A stretch of DNA of 64,000 bases from contig JBLDXI010000033.1 in assembly GCA_047495785.1 (NCBI GenBank), forward strand, positions 2,542,001 to 2,606,000, written 5' to 3'. This DNA comes from Lepidodermella squamata (lineage: Eukaryota; Animalia; Gastrotricha). A program made the translations under genes and the position numbers. Of this stretch, positions 61,619 to 64,000 are shown piece by piece (the stretch's first letter is position 1; each line of letters begins with the position of its first letter). Under the pieces are notes generated by a model that saw nothing but the letters and a program-made list of their open reading frames with translations, searched no databases and was not told the DNA's origin.

Positions 61619-64000
61619 TCACGAATGTGAAAATATTTGTTTCGCGCCGTTCGAAGCCGGCAAATCGCCGTGGAAGTTGCTGGAACTATTTTCGCCCATT
61701 GTACGTGCGAGCAGCAACCGTGCGGCCACAGCAACCCCAGCGGCAGCTTCTGCCAATTGCCGGCAAATTTGAACAGGCGGAGGCATGTGTTGCTGGCTCG
61801 ACGGCAGCGATGATAAAGGCCGCAACGCCGCTAGAACTGAGCGGATATGCGCACCAAGATTAGCTCTCAACAATGCCAACGAAGCAGGTTCTTGAGTGTT
61901 CGCCTGTAATTAGGGAAAACGTTTAGAATTATTCAGTATTTTGATGGCTATAACGAACCTTTGACGGATGTACAGCAACAGACGACGCCGCTGTTAGCAG
62001 ATTACGACCGGCGGTACAGACTGAAGAGGCAAGGTCGAGAATTCGAATCAAGCTTGGCGGAGCGTCGGATCCAACCCTTTCCAGCTCCTTGTTCAACGAG
62101 AAGACACATCGCACCACACTAAGGGTGATGTCGTAAAGCTGACCGCTATCACTGGTCTCAGCCGGATTTCCCAACGGCAAACTTTCCGTTATGGTGGTTA
62201 AATTGAAAGTGGCGGTAGGTGGAAGCGGCGAGGCATTGCCATTGCTGCCTCTAGACGGCACTCCGGGCGCCGCTACTATCGGAACTATAAATTGCTTTCC
62301 CTCCTGATATCTGTTAACTTGAGACTGCTGCTGCTGTTGCTGCTGCTGAGGTAATCTTGACGGTGTCTGATGGTGGGACATCAACGTTGAGAGAGGTGGC
62401 CGAGAGTCTACCATGGTAACGCGAGACTGAGAGTTATTCGAATCCATACCGTTCAATGATGACATAATGCCGCCCTGGTTAGTTGCCATGGTCGCTAGCG
62501 GTGGTGATAGTAGCGACGTCGAAGGTGGGGCGAGGGTAGCAACGGAATCCAACAGCCACAACGTTGCTTGTTCCAACGCCATAGTTGACGATGCAGATTT
62601 GGGTGGCTGCTGAGGTTCAGAAATCGGCGGCTTCGGCGGAGCAGCTGGGTTAGCTTTCTGTTGGTACTTGTTTGCATTCAGCGCTTCCTCACGAATAGCG
62701 AGTAAATGCGAAAAAATCTGATCACAGCCAGGCCGGTCGGCAGGCTGGTCAGCCCAACAAGACAGCATAAGCGAGTAGAGCGCCTGCGGGCATACCACCG
62801 TTCCAGACGGTTCTGGCCGCGGCAAACGAGCTCCTACAGATAGCAATGTCGGATAATCAGCATTTCTCACATTTTGCCACGGTCTCGACCCGAAAGTTGC
62901 AACTTCCCACAGGAATACACCCAGCATCCAGACGTCAGTGGCTCGCGAAAACTTCCGGAAATTCACCGACTCCGGGGCGAGCCACTTGACCGGCAGTCGC
63001 CCGCCAGTGGCCGTGTAAGTCTCGGCATCGGGTGGTAGGCGACGAGCTAAACCGAAATCCGCCAATTTCCCAAGCTCTCGCGAAAAAACGAGGACATTGC
63101 GTGCAGCAATATCGCGATGAACAAGTCGACGCGAGTGTAAGTAGGCCAGAGCTGATGCAGTTTGAGCACAAAACGTCAGTAAATCGACGATATTCAGTTG
63201 TAAATGCTCTCGCTCTTTCGTCAAAAAATCTCGTAATGGGCCTAATGGCGCCAATTCCGTTAAAATTAACAACGGATCCGTGGATGTGCTGACTCCAACC
63301 AGTGCTATTATGTAAGGATGAGCAAGTTGCCGGAAAAGACACGCTTCCTCTAGAAAATCACCCAGAGCATCGTCTGAGCCACTTTTGCACATCTTCACAG
63401 CTACTGCTATGCATTGGCCGTCCTTGCCGTTAGGTCGGTATCGGCCTTCAAAGACATCGCCAAATTGACCTTCCCCGATAAGGAGACCAATTTCGAGGCG
63501 GTTTCTGTCGATTTCAACATCGGGTTCGAAGAGCTCGATGTAGTCGTCGACGGGCGACGAATGCTTCCAGCCCACAGCATTTGATCGATTGATTTCCCTC
63601 ACGTTCTGACTTGTTTGCGAAGCTGAGCTGAATGCATTCGGCGATCGGCGCATTGTTGCATAGGATAGCACGTTATTCGTTGTTTGATCGTGCTGGCTCC
63701 GAGACGGCAGCATCGGTGAATCCAGAGGCGCGAAAGTCAACTGTGGAGGTGTAGAATCAGGCGTTCGATCACGTGCCAACCAAGCAGCAGTTCTGCTTCG
63801 AGTCAAAGCGTCGTCGATGTCCGGCTGGTGGCTGTTCGGCTCGTTCGTGATTTCGGAGTTCGTAGAATGCTCCGTTTGCGTATTCACAGTTTGAGTCTGA
63901 GCGTTAGTCCTTATAGAATTATTGCGCTGTGGGCCCCGTAGATCGGTATTGGAACGTGACCGCCCAAGGCTCCTGCAAACGAGGTACAGAAAAAAAATGA
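61619..64000 (-). CDS. PTK2: Focal adhesion kinase-like tyrosine kinase (5' part beyond the window)
   Basis: 'DDYIEL' (Y397-like), 'IGEGQFGDV', 'VAVKMCK', 'HRDIAARNVLV', 'DFGLAR', 'LPVKWLAPESVNFRKF', Pro-rich 'APPKP' and a FAT-like helical C-terminus. Confidence 0.85.

Noticed and set aside
1-64000. Prokaryotic features (CRISPR, rRNA operon, defence systems) or a non-standard genetic code
   Set aside because: ORF breaks in the well-supported genes are explained by GT-AG introns under the standard code; no spaced direct-repeat arrays or rRNA were seen.

Overview
Eukaryotic, gene-dense genomic DNA from an animal with a compact genome: about 23 intron-containing genes in 64 kb, and most introns are 40-60 nt GT-AG. 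An axonemal dynein intermediate chain with an RFX X-box and two invertebrate septate-junction-type claudins suggest a ciliated protostome invertebrate (inference; species not identifiable). Recognisable genes in order: TMEM214, PXK-like, CDC20, ELP3, MTERF3, WDR63/DNAI3, two PLAC8/cornifelin paralogs, a small Smr-domain protein, a pancreatic-type lipase, claudin-like A, a LAMP-like protein, EFR3, two tandem SAM-dependent small-molecule O-methyltransferases (OMT1/2), MTMR9, a third intronless OMT, NASP, claudin-like B, an orphan single-pass membrane protein, COX5B, TUBGCP3, MRPL20, FKBP6/shutdown and a FAK-like kinase (truncated by the window end). There are also MITEs, a tRNA-derived SINE and DREAM/X-box promoter motifs. 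Two observations stand out. (i) A local cluster of three COMT/ASMT-fold O-methyltransferases that are candidates for horizontally acquired, domesticated small-molecule enzymes; two of them sit either inside the 5' intron of MTMR9 or in a polycistronic unit with it. (ii) Same-strand gene pairs only 74-230 nt apart with an unpaired splice acceptor before the downstream ATG, which is the layout of SL-trans-spliced operons. All exon boundaries were read by eye and no database searches were run.
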